DNA of 64,000 bases from Candidatus Magasanikbacteria bacterium RIFOXYC2_FULL_42_28 (GTDB taxonomy: Bacteria; Patescibacteriota; Patescibacteriia; Magasanikbacterales; GWA2-37-8), in assembly GCA_001784435.1 (NCBI GenBank), contig MFQZ01000010.1, forward strand, positions 169,960-233,959, given 5' to 3'. Each line of letters opens with the position of its first letter. The first letter of the stretch is position 1. The notes under the pieces are model-generated. The model worked only from the letters and a program-made list of their open reading frames with translations, made no database searches and was not told the origin of the DNA. Both the position numbers and the translations under genes were made by a program. Below are positions 9,933 to 18,661 of the stretch, piece by piece.

Positions 9933-11330
9933 ATGGAAATCTCGCTTATTTTAGAGGAAATTACTCGACAGAATAAGTTCTGGGCGCGAGAAAAACAGCG
10001 TGATTTTTTTGGTAATAATACGTTTAAACGTGAATTGTACCCACGGCTTGTCGCTTTACTGACCGATCGGCTAATTATTTCGATCGTTGGATTGCGACGT
10101 GTTGGTAAAACAGTTTTACTCAAACAATTAATTGGGCATTTGATAGATAATGACAAAGTTGAACCGCGCAATATTTTATTTTTAAGTTTTGATGAAGCGA
10201 TGCTGAGTTCGGCTGTCAAACTCGACGATTACTTGCGGATTTATTTAAGCCATTTTCAGGCGCGACGCACCGGGCGTTTGTATATTTTTTTAGATGAAAT
10301 TCAATATGCGCCCGAGTGGCAACATATTTTAAAACGATTTTATGACACCGAACCGAATATTAAATTTATTATTTCCGGTTCGTCCTCGCTTTTTTTAAAA
10401 AAGAAAGCGACCGAAAGTTTAGTTGGTCGGATTTATGAATTTAATTTACCGGTATTAAGCTTTGTGGAATATTTGGAATTGGCCCAAGTTTTTTCCGCCA
10501 ACTTGTCAATTTTTAAATCTTTGCTATGTGATATCAAGGCGGGATCGAAAGATTGGTTGAAATTAGACGTCGCCAGAAAGATTTTTTTGTCCGAGCATTC
10601 ACTTTGGTTGGCCGGACAATTTGATGAATATTTACTACGTGGACAATTTCCCGAAGTGGTAGGCGAAAAAGATATTGTTAAAATTGAAAGATATTTACGT
10701 GAATCAGTTTATAAAAAAACCATTGAATTTGATATCCCACGGTTATTTGGCGCTGATAAGGTTGGTGATTTAAAATTTATTTTTCAAGTCCTGGTTAACG
10801 AAACAGGTAATCAGTTTGAAGTTGGCAATCTGGCCCAAGAGGCGCAGATCGATCAAAAAACTCTTACTCGCTATTTATCTTTTTTTGAAGAAAGTTTGTT
10901 GGCGCGGATTTTATATAACTATTCGCGCTCATTGCGTAAAACCCATCGCCAGCCCAAGAAGATTTATATTAGTAGTACTAATTTTTATCCGTTGGACTTG
11001 GCTACGCCGCTTGAAACCCGCGGTGCAATTTTGGGGCATTTAGCTGAAACGCATGCCTGCAATTTATTGCGAGCGCGTTTTGATAATTTATCATTTTATC
11101 GTGTGCGGAAACAGGAAGTTGATTTTATTGGAGCGGACAACTGGTTGGATCGGTCATCCTATCGCTTAATTGAAGTAAAATATCGGTCTGATGTCAGTCG
11201 ACAAAGGTTTGTGTTTTTGGAAAATACCGCTAAGCGTTTTGGTGTTGGTCGGTTGCCGGTGGTTTTAACAAAATATGAATTTGGCGTTTCAGAAAAATTA
11301 GCGTTGGTGCCGTTATTTATGATAAAGTAA
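9933..11330 (+). CDS. AAA+ ATPase of the COG1373/DUF4143 type (Walker A GLRRVGKT, Walker B IFLDEIQ)
   Basis: Motifs visible in the translation. Start moved from the track's 9882 to the ATG at 9933 (MEISLILEE) because the promoter -10 ends at 9899. Confidence 0.6.
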   Translation: MEISLILEEITRQNKFWAREKQRDFFGNNTFKRELYPRLVALLTDRLIISIVGLRRVGKTVLLKQLIGHLIDNDKVEPRNILFLSFDEAMLSSAVKLDDYLRIYLSHFQARRTGRLYIFLDEIQYAPEWQHILKRFYDTEPNIKFIISGSSSLFLKKKATESLVGRIYEFNLPVLSFVEYLELAQVFSANLSIFKSLLCDIKAGSKDWLKLDVARKIFLSEHSLWLAGQFDEYLLRGQFPEVVGEKDIVKIERYLRESVYKKTIEFDIPRLFGADKVGDLKFIFQVLVNETGNQFEVGNLAQEAQIDQKTLTRYLSFFEESLLARILYNYSRSLRKTHRQPKKIYISSTNFYPLDLATPLETRGAILGHLAETHACNLLRARFDNLSFYRVRKQEVDFIGADNWLDRSSYRLIEVKYRSDVSRQRFVFLENTAKRFGVGRLPVVLTKYEFGVSEKLALVPLFMIK

Positions 11331-11340
11331 TACTAAGTGT

Positions 11341-11451
11341 TTTTAAGTACATTTAAAAGGTTTTGAAAAAATAGGGGAGTTTTTGGGCATAAAGAGTTAT
11401 CCACAGAGGTAGTTTGACATTTTTAACTGTTTTAAGTATACTTAAAACATA
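11341..11451 (+). promoter_or_regulatory. copy 2 of palindrome+promoter element (degenerate palindrome, TTATCCACAG box, TTGACA-N17-TATACT, palindromic ttttaagtatacttaaaa over the -10)
   Basis: TTATCCACAG at 11397-11406, -35 at 11414-11419, -10 at 11437-11442. The perfect palindrome ttttaagtatacttaaaa at 11431-11448 is a candidate operator. Confidence 0.5.
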
Positions 11452-11477
11452 GCATAAAAATATGAAATGTTTTAAGT

Positions 11478-12692
11478 ATGTTTAAAGAATATATCAAAAG
11501 AGAGGTTTATGTTAATAAAATTCGTCCTTTTATCGGCAAGGATATTATTAAGGTTTTAGTTGGCCATAGACGGGTCGGTAAGAGTTATTTGTTGTATCAG
11601 ATAATGGATGAAGTCAAAAACCAAGATTCAAAAATAGAGATTGTGTATATTAATAAGGAGTTAAATGATTTTGCCGATATTGTTGATCATCAGAGCTTGC
11701 TTAAATATATTGATTTAAAAAAAAATAAAAATAGTGGCGGAAAAACCGCGCTATTTATCGACGAAGTGCAGGACATTATTAATTTTGAAAAGGCCCTGCG
11801 TCACCTAAACGCCTCCGGGCAGTTTGATATTTATTGTACAGGCAGTAATGCTAAATTGTTATCAGGCGAGTTGGCGACTTTTTTGTCCGGTCGGTATATA
11901 GAAGTTGAAGTGCGCGGTTTGTCGTACAATGAATTCTTGGAATTTCATAAATTGGCAAAAGGTAAAGAATCTCTATTTCGTTATATTAAATATGGCGGTT
12001 TACCATATTTAATTAATTTACCACCGGAAGACGATGCCGTGTATGATTATTTGCGCAACATTTATAACACTATCGTTTTAAAAGATGTGGTCGAGCGTTT
12101 TAGATTAAGGAATGTAAATTTGCTGGAAAGATTGATTGAATATCTTGCGGATAATGTTGGTAGTTTGGTTTCAGCCAATAATATCAGTGATTTTTTAAAA
12201 TCGCAAAAAATTAAAATTTCACCGAATACCATTTTAAATTATCTGTCATATTTGGCGGCGAGTTATTTTATTTATAAAGTTCCGCGGCTAGATATTGTGG
12301 GAAAGAAAATTTTTGAGGTTAATGATAAATTTTATTTTGAGGATTTAGGATTAAGGCATGTGGTGGTTAATTACAAACAATCGGATATTAATAAAATTTT
12401 AGAAAATTTAGTGTTTTCGCATTTGAAATATATTGGTTATGAGGTTAAGGTCGGCCAATTGGGCCAGCAGGAAATTGATTTTGTAGCAAGCCGGGGTGAG
12501 GCGCGGGTTTATGTGCAAGTGGCTTACTTGCTAAATAGCGAGGCGGTCAAGCAACGAGAGTTTGGCAATTTATTAAAAATTGATGATAATTATAAAAAAA
12601 TAGTGGTGAGTATGGATGATTTTGGCGGGGGGAATGTTAGCGGTATCGAGCAGTGGAATGTCGTAGATTTTTTATGTGATTTTCTCGGGTAG
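11478..12692 (+). CDS. second AAA+ ATPase of the COG1373/DUF4143 type (Walker A GHRRVGKS, Walker B LFIDEVQ)
   Basis: Motifs in the translation; paralogous architecture to the 9933 gene. Confidence 0.6.
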   Translation: MFKEYIKREVYVNKIRPFIGKDIIKVLVGHRRVGKSYLLYQIMDEVKNQDSKIEIVYINKELNDFADIVDHQSLLKYIDLKKNKNSGGKTALFIDEVQDIINFEKALRHLNASGQFDIYCTGSNAKLLSGELATFLSGRYIEVEVRGLSYNEFLEFHKLAKGKESLFRYIKYGGLPYLINLPPEDDAVYDYLRNIYNTIVLKDVVERFRLRNVNLLERLIEYLADNVGSLVSANNISDFLKSQKIKISPNTILNYLSYLAASYFIYKVPRLDIVGKKIFEVNDKFYFEDLGLRHVVVNYKQSDINKILENLVFSHLKYIGYEVKVGQLGQQEIDFVASRGEARVYVQVAYLLNSEAVKQREFGNLLKIDDNYKKIVVSMDDFGGGNVSGIEQWNVVDFLCDFLG

Positions 12693-12716
12693 AATTAAAA
12701 TAATTATGAATTTATT

Positions 12717-12962
12717 ATGAAAACTATAATAGAAATAGACCGAAAGCAAGATGAAGTAATCCGCCTTCACTTATCCAATGACGACTATGATGATTTTGGC
12801 TGGATAGACATGTGGACGACCAAAGAAAAAGAGGGGGATGAGCCGGAGCAGAGTGAAACCGTGAATTTTTTCATTGACGATTTACGCGCGGCTCTAGAAG
12901 GATTTGTGGCGCAAAGAGAGTTGCAACATAAGCGAGATCAGATGTTGAAAGAAAATGAGTAG
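12717..12962 (+). CDS. small acidic hypothetical protein (81 aa)
   Basis: ORF only; no motif recognised. Confidence 0.35.
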   Translation: MKTIIEIDRKQDEVIRLHLSNDDYDDFGWIDMWTTKEKEGDEPEQSETVNFFIDDLRAALEGFVAQRELQHKRDQMLKENE

Positions 12963-12989
12963 ACAAGTTGATAATTTTGAGATTTAATT

Positions 12990-13075
12990 TTTGGCAATAC
13001 TGTGCTATAATATATCCATGACCAATAATGCTTCACCGACAATTTTAGTCAAAAAATCCGACGGCACGTTCACAA
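12990..13075 (+). repeat. about 85-bp duplicate of the promoter and first ~20 codons of the gene at 14619 (copy at 14610-14695)
   Basis: gctataatatatccatgaccaataatgcttcaccgacaattttagtcaaaaaatccgacggcac versus ggtataatatacctatggacaataataccaaacaaccaacaattttagtcaaaaaatccgacggcac, read directly. The upstream copy runs into the palindromic element and a stop. Confidence 0.75.
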
Positions 13076-13178
13076 AACCTTTTAAGCACCCTTAAAAGGT
13101 TTTGTAAAAATAGGGGAAATTTTAAGTATAAAGTTATCCACAGCACCGTTTGACTTATCAGTGTTATTTTGGTAAATT
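13074..13178 (+). promoter_or_regulatory. copy 3 of palindrome+promoter element (perfect aaaaccttttaag-cacc-cttaaaaggtttt, TTATCCACAG, TTGACT-N17-TAAATT)
   Basis: Palindrome at 13074-13105; TTATCCACAG at 13134-13143; -35 at 13150-13155. Confidence 0.5.
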
Positions 13179-13197
13179 AGCACAATATACTAATTTT

Positions 13198-13782
13198 ATG
13201 AAATGGATTGATTTTGAGAAAAGTATTAAAGATAAAGATATTAAGTTATTTACACCGCGCGATGTAAGTGTTTTTTTGGGTCGCTCAACAATTGCTGTGC
13301 GATTTTTAATGCATCGCCTAAAACAAAACGGACAAATTATGGGGGTTAAGCGCGGTCTTTATAAATTATCCGGTCAACTCGTACCTGATTATTATTTGGC
13401 TAATAGAATTTACGCTCCCTCCTATATTTCTTTAGAATCGGCGTTGTCATATTATGGTGTTATTCCGGAAACCGTATATGAAATTACGTCAGTAACTTCT
13501 AAAATTACTCGTCGTTTTGAAACCGCCGGAAAAATTTTTTCTTATCATAAAATTAAACAATCTGCTTTTACCGGTTATGGTATAGCGCACCAAGACGGAG
13601 CAAATTTTTATTTGGCTGACGCGGAAAAAGCGTTTATAGATGTGTGTTATCTGCGGTTATTGGCGGGCCGAGAGTCGATATCTCGTTTTGACAAAACAAA
13701 GCTTAATAAGGAGAAAACTTTAAGTTATGCTGATTTGTATAAAAATAAAAAATTAGTTGCGACTATTCGTAAATTATTATGA
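13198..13782 (+). CDS. abiEi: AbiEi-like antitoxin/transcriptional regulator (type IV TA, COG5340-like)
   Basis: About 195 aa with an N-terminal wHTH-like region and SLESALSYYGVI segment. It overlaps the downstream AbiEii-like gene by 4 nt. Start taken at 13198, downstream of the promoter; the track gives TTG at 13150. Confidence 0.5.
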   Translation: MKWIDFEKSIKDKDIKLFTPRDVSVFLGRSTIAVRFLMHRLKQNGQIMGVKRGLYKLSGQLVPDYYLANRIYAPSYISLESALSYYGVIPETVYEITSVTSKITRRFETAGKIFSYHKIKQSAFTGYGIAHQDGANFYLADAEKAFIDVCYLRLLAGRESISRFDKTKLNKEKTLSYADLYKNKKLVATIRKLL

Positions 13783-14540
13783 TTACCAAAGATTATATTG
13801 AGAAATTAGCAAAGCTTGGCCATGTTGCAACATTTCCAAATATCGCGAGAGAGTATTTTCAGCATGTTTTTTTGTCAAATTTAAGTCAGATTCCTGGTGG
13901 GGAAAAGTTATTGTTTAAGGGTGGTACGGCCTTGCGAATAGTTTATGGTAGTCCGCGTTTTTCCGAAGATTTAGACTTTTCTTTGTTCGGCGTCTCGCAC
14001 TCGCTCGTTAATAAATTTGTGGAAGATATTTTTCTGAAGATTTTATCTGAAATTGAAAGGACTGGGATTAAGGTTGAATTGGGTAAAAAAAGCGGAGAAA
14101 CAAGCGGCGGATATTTTGGTGTGGCATCGTTTCGGTTCTATGATTATCCTTTGATTGGCGTTGAGATCAATGTATCCGCGCGAGGAACCAAGCAGTTGGC
14201 CGGGGAAGCAGATAGTATCGTTAGCGATTTTGCGCCGGCGTATTCGTTATTGCATTTACCGCAAATTGTTTTGGTTGAAGAAAAAATATTTGGCGCTTTA
14301 CTGGAACGCAAAAAACCACGTGATTTTTATGATTTGTATTTTATTATGCGCAAAGGAATGCTAACGAATGAGCAGAAACAGCGATTATCAACGGTCAAAA
14401 ATAAAATAATCGCGAGTGCCAAGAAGATCGATTTTCGATATGAACTCGGTGTTTTTTTACCTTCTGACCAGCAATTGATTGTACGGGATTTTTCAGCAGT
14501 TTTAGAGCGGGAGTTAAATAGACAATTAGCAAAAATCTGA
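13779..14540 (+). CDS. abiEii: AbiEii-like nucleotidyltransferase toxin (DUF1814 family)
   Basis: N-terminal LLFKGGTALRIVYGSPRFSEDLDFS matches the family's conserved GGTAL / RFSEDxDF signature as I recall it. Size about 250 aa; operon overlap with the upstream antitoxin. Confidence 0.65.
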   Translation: MITKDYIEKLAKLGHVATFPNIAREYFQHVFLSNLSQIPGGEKLLFKGGTALRIVYGSPRFSEDLDFSLFGVSHSLVNKFVEDIFLKILSEIERTGIKVELGKKSGETSGGYFGVASFRFYDYPLIGVEINVSARGTKQLAGEADSIVSDFAPAYSLLHLPQIVLVEEKIFGALLERKKPRDFYDLYFIMRKGMLTNEQKQRLSTVKNKIIASAKKIDFRYELGVFLPSDQQLIVRDFSAVLERELNRQLAKI

Positions 14541-14618
14541 TGATTTTATAATTTTTGCAATTAAGTAAAATAATATTCGCACCGGCACCAAATATTTGAT
14601 TAGGTAATTGCGTCTATT

Positions 14619-15665
14619 TTGTGGTATAATATACCTATGGACAATAATACCAAACAACCAACAATTTTAGTCAAAAAATCCGACGGCACCTTCGCGCGGA
14701 TGTCTTTGGGGGAGATAAAAAAGATGAAAGTGGGTAAAATTACAGCACCGTCGTCTGTCATCCTGAATGAAATGAAGGATCCCTTGAAGTTGGCAGTAAG
14801 GGATTCTTCGGTCGCTACGCTTCCTCAGAATGACAATAACAAAAAAGTCGGAATGACAGGTAAAGACGCCAAGTCGCTTTTAGAAGAAGACAAATTGGTA
14901 GCCCCGGGCACGAGCGTTGCCGTTGGCCGAAATAATCAGGTGGACACGGTAATTAAAAAACTATCATTTTCCGTCGCGTCTAATTTTTTCAATCGTTTGC
15001 GGAGCGCGATTCAGTTGCGTTTAAAAGATGTACGCGGGGAAAAAGAAACACGCGCCACGGTGTTGCGTTCTATAAAAGACGGGGGACTGGGCTTGACTGA
15101 AACCCAAGCCAACGAATTGGAGCAAGTGTGCGCGACGGTGGGTAATTTATTGGCGCGACCACCGGCTAAAAGTAAAACTGATTTAATGGTTGAAGATCAA
15201 ATTTTACCGCAAACGTTTCACAAAATGCCTGTGCCGGCGAAAATGGCTCCACATAACGCGTTTGTGCATGAGGAATTTTTAAAAAAAGAAGAAAAATTTA
15301 AAATTAGTCCAGTGGCTGTTAGCCGACCGGCGATGAAGGATGTGGTTGCCGCCGCCGCGCCGGTCGGGCCGGTGGAGGAAATTAAATTTTTTACCCTAAC
15401 TGATTTTCGGCGTTTGGCCCAAGACCCTAACCAAGCCACCAAACGTTTGGCGCAAAAATTTATTAATTTGCGTGAAGAATCAGTTTTGTTATTTTGGCAG
15501 GCCTTGGATGCCTGGAAGCAAAGCCCGTTATTTGCCGACTATGTTGGTGTATTAAATCGAGTTTTTATCGGTAAAGTCGCGTCTGATCAGCAAAAAACGA
15601 GTGACCAGATAACCGATGTTGAGATAAAGGCGCTTATCGCGATGGAAAAAGATTTGGTAATCTGA
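14619..15665 (+). CDS. hypothetical protein (348 aa); its promoter and 5' end are duplicated upstream of the AbiE cassette
   Basis: ORF only; no motif recognised. Confidence 0.4.
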   Translation: MWYNIPMDNNTKQPTILVKKSDGTFARMSLGEIKKMKVGKITAPSSVILNEMKDPLKLAVRDSSVATLPQNDNNKKVGMTGKDAKSLLEEDKLVAPGTSVAVGRNNQVDTVIKKLSFSVASNFFNRLRSAIQLRLKDVRGEKETRATVLRSIKDGGLGLTETQANELEQVCATVGNLLARPPAKSKTDLMVEDQILPQTFHKMPVPAKMAPHNAFVHEEFLKKEEKFKISPVAVSRPAMKDVVAAAAPVGPVEEIKFFTLTDFRRLAQDPNQATKRLAQKFINLREESVLLFWQALDAWKQSPLFADYVGVLNRVFIGKVASDQQKTSDQITDVEIKALIAMEKDLVI

Positions 15666-15677
15666 TATAATAATGTT

Positions 15678-16106
15678 ATGGAGCAATTTACCGTCCCACA
15701 ATTTTTAGATGTTGAAGATAAAATTTTTGGCCCGATTACCACGCGCCAATTTGTGATTTTGCTCGCCACCGGTTTATTTCTGTTTATTGCTTACAAATTG
15801 GCTGATTTTGCGTTGTTTATCACTCTGTTCGTATTTATTGGCGGATTTGCCGTAATTTTGGCGTTTGTTAAAATTAACGGCCAGACCTTCCATTATTTTT
15901 TACTGAATATAATTCAAACCATGCGTCGCCCCAGCCGCCGGTTGTGGCAGAAACGTTATACCGACCAAGAATTAAAAGCAATGGCCGCCGGACCGAAAAA
16001 AGAAATGTTAGAGGCGCCGTCTCCTATTCCCAATCTTTCCAATAGCCGCATTCGCGCCTTGTCGCTCGTCGTTAATACCGGTGGATATTTTAAATATGAA
16101 GAATAA
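15678..16106 (+). CDS. small 2-TM membrane protein, PrgI/VirB3-like candidate
   Basis: 142 aa with two hydrophobic helices (LLATGLFLFIAYKL..., LFITLFVFIGGFAVILAFV). Sits immediately upstream of a VirB4-like ATPase, as PrgI/TcpE do in Gram-positive T4SS. Assignment is by context and architecture. Confidence 0.35.
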   Translation: MEQFTVPQFLDVEDKIFGPITTRQFVILLATGLFLFIAYKLADFALFITLFVFIGGFAVILAFVKINGQTFHYFLLNIIQTMRRPSRRLWQKRYTDQELKAMAAGPKKEMLEAPSPIPNLSNSRIRALSLVVNTGGYFKYEE

Positions 16107-16782
16107 AGCTGTCGCCAAAAAGAAAGTCGCTTTGATATCCGCGCAAAAACATTTGTTTATCGCGGAAATTAAGCAAGATACGGTGATTTTAAAAGACGGC
16201 ACTTTGCGCGCGGTTTTAATGGTGTCCAGTTTGAACTTTGCGTTGAAAAATGAAGACGAGCAAACCGCGATTGTCTCATCGTATGTTGGCTTTTTAAATT
16301 CACTTGATCATCCTTTGCAAATTTTAATTCAGTCACGCGAACTTTATATTAAACCGTATTTAGACGATTTAGCCAAACATGAACATGAACAAACTAACGA
16401 ACTATTGCGCACGCAAATCGCCGATTATCGGTCATTTGTGTCGGAGTTGGTTGAGCTCGGACAAATTACCAGCAAACAATTTTATGTGGTTGTGCCCTAT
16501 GATCCTTTGAGTAATAAAAAACGCAGTTTTTGGTCGCGGGCACAGGAAGTATTGAATCCGATTTCGGCCGTAAAATTAAAAGATGAGAAATTTTTACAAC
16601 GCAAATATGATTTAGATCAGCGAGTGCGTTTGGTAGAGTCAGGGTTGTCCAGTATGGGGTTGGAAGTGAAACGGCTTGATACCCAAACTTTGATTGAATT
16701 GTATTTTTCGTCGTATAATCCGGATATTGCTTTAAGTGAACATTTGCCGGAAATTAATAAAATTCAGGTAGAAGAAGAATAG
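16081..16782 (+). CDS. hypothetical soluble protein in the T4SS-like operon (possibly a split-off N-terminal VirB4 domain)
   Basis: Overlaps the upstream gene and ends 1 nt before the ATPase gene. The VirB4-like ATPase downstream lacks the long N-terminal domain of canonical VirB4. Confidence 0.3.
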   Translation: MDILNMKNKAVAKKKVALISAQKHLFIAEIKQDTVILKDGTLRAVLMVSSLNFALKNEDEQTAIVSSYVGFLNSLDHPLQILIQSRELYIKPYLDDLAKHEHEQTNELLRTQIADYRSFVSELVELGQITSKQFYVVVPYDPLSNKKRSFWSRAQEVLNPISAVKLKDEKFLQRKYDLDQRVRLVESGLSSMGLEVKRLDTQTLIELYFSSYNPDIALSEHLPEINKIQVEEE

Positions 16783-16783
16783 T

Positions 16784-18646
16784 ATGGCCTTCAAACCAGT
16801 ATTCACCAATAAACCGGCGCTAGATAAAGCCAAAATTGCTCTGGAGCAAAAGACCGAAGCGGAGTTGATTACGCTTGAAGAAGAGCGGATTTATCGCGAG
16901 GGCGTGGTTTCAATTAAGGATTTAATTGCTCCGGCGGCTTTTAATGTTGAAAAAGATCATTTGGAATTGGGCACGACATATTGCCGCACCATGTTTATTG
17001 TCAGTTACCCACGTTATATCAGCGTCGGTTGGAGCTCGCCGGTAATAAATTTGTCCGTCAATATGGACATCACCATGTTCTTTTATCCGGTTAAATCAGC
17101 TATTATTTTGAAACAGTTAAGAAATAAAACCGGCGCTTTGCAAGCTCAAATTACCGCTGATTCGGAAAAGGGCGCCCCGCGCGACCCACTCCGTGAAACG
17201 GCTTTGCGCGATGTGGAAGAATTACGCGACAGTTTGACGCAGGGCACGGAACATTTTTTTCAATTTGCTTTTTACGTTACGATTTATACCCAAGACAAAA
17301 CCCGTTTGGATCAATTGTCCGAAGATATCGAAAACATGTTCGGCAGTAAATTAATTACGAGTCGTAAAGTTTTATACCAAGCCGAACAGGGTTTTAATTC
17401 TACCTTACCGCTTTGCAATGACGAACTGATGATCGCGTTCAACATGAATTCCAGTCCGATCGCCGCTTCCTTTCCGTTTATTTCGGCCGAACTTACCTCG
17501 GATGATGGTATTTTATACGGCATTAATCGCCACAACAACAGTTTGATTTTGTTTGACCGGTTTTCGCTTCAAAACGCCAATATGGTGGTGTTTGCCACTT
17601 CCGGCGCGGGTAAAAGCTATGCCATCAAATTGGAAATTTTGCGCTCGATGATGCTTGGCGTGGAAGTGATTGTGATTGATCCGGAAATGGAATATAAACA
17701 TTTGTCCGACGCGGTGGGTGGGACTTACATTAATATTTCGCTTTCGTCAGAAAGTAAAATCAATCCTTTTGATTTGCCACGGCCACGCGAACGCGACACG
17801 CCCGTGTCTGATATTATTCGGGGCGCGGTTATCACTGTCAAAGGTTTGCTTCGGATTATGTTGGGCGGTTTTACTACTCAAGAGGACTCCATTATTGACC
17901 GCGCTTTGATTGAAACCTACGCCAAAAAAGATATTACGCCGGAAGCGGATCTGTCGGCTGTCAAACCACCGATAATGCAGGATTTGCAAGAAATTTTAGA
18001 AGGCATGACCGGCGCGGATGAATTGGTTTTAAAATTGCAAAAATATACCGAAGGCACTTTTGCCGGGTTATTTAATTCGCCCACGAATGTTGACACTAAA
18101 AATCAATTAGTGGTATTTTCCGTGCGTGATTTGGAAGATGAATTGCGCCCGATGGCGATTTACGCCATTGTTAATTACATTTGGAATACGGTGCGGTCGG
18201 AGCGTAAAAAACGTTTGTTAATTATTGACGAGGCCTGGTGGCTCATGATGCACGAAGACAGCGCTCGTTTTATTCACGCGCTGGTTAAACGTTGTCGCAA
18301 ATATTTTTTGGGTGTTACAACCATTACCCAAGATGTGAATGACTTTTTGGGTTCTAAATACGGACAGGCGATTGTTACTAACTCGGCTTTGCAGTTGCTT
18401 TTGCGTCAATCGCCCGCGGCTATTGATAACATTCAAAAAACATTTTTGCTTACGGACAGCGAAAAATATCTGTTGCTGGAATCAGGTCCGGGTGAGGGGA
18501 TATTTTTTGCTGGCTTGAAACACGCGGCGATAAAAGTGGTGGCGTCGTATACCGAAGATCAAATAGTTACCACTAATCCGGAACAGTTATTACAAATTGA
18601 ACAGTCCAAAAAAGAATTTGAACAGATGAATAAAATTCCGAGTTAA
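16784..18646 (+). CDS. VirB4/TraC/PrgJ-like conjugative/T4SS ATPase
   Basis: Walker A FATSGAGKSY and Walker B RLLIIDEAWWL in the translation. The C-terminal ATPase domain arrangement is typical of the VirB4 family. Confidence 0.6.
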   Translation: MAFKPVFTNKPALDKAKIALEQKTEAELITLEEERIYREGVVSIKDLIAPAAFNVEKDHLELGTTYCRTMFIVSYPRYISVGWSSPVINLSVNMDITMFFYPVKSAIILKQLRNKTGALQAQITADSEKGAPRDPLRETALRDVEELRDSLTQGTEHFFQFAFYVTIYTQDKTRLDQLSEDIENMFGSKLITSRKVLYQAEQGFNSTLPLCNDELMIAFNMNSSPIAASFPFISAELTSDDGILYGINRHNNSLILFDRFSLQNANMVVFATSGAGKSYAIKLEILRSMMLGVEVIVIDPEMEYKHLSDAVGGTYINISLSSESKINPFDLPRPRERDTPVSDIIRGAVITVKGLLRIMLGGFTTQEDSIIDRALIETYAKKDITPEADLSAVKPPIMQDLQEILEGMTGADELVLKLQKYTEGTFAGLFNSPTNVDTKNQLVVFSVRDLEDELRPMAIYAIVNYIWNTVRSERKKRLLIIDEAWWLMMHEDSARFIHALVKRCRKYFLGVTTITQDVNDFLGSKYGQAIVTNSALQLLLRQSPAAIDNIQKTFLLTDSEKYLLLESGPGEGIFFAGLKHAAIKVVASYTEDQIVTTNPEQLLQIEQSKKEFEQMNKIPS

Positions 18647-18661
18647 ATTAATTAAAATTTT

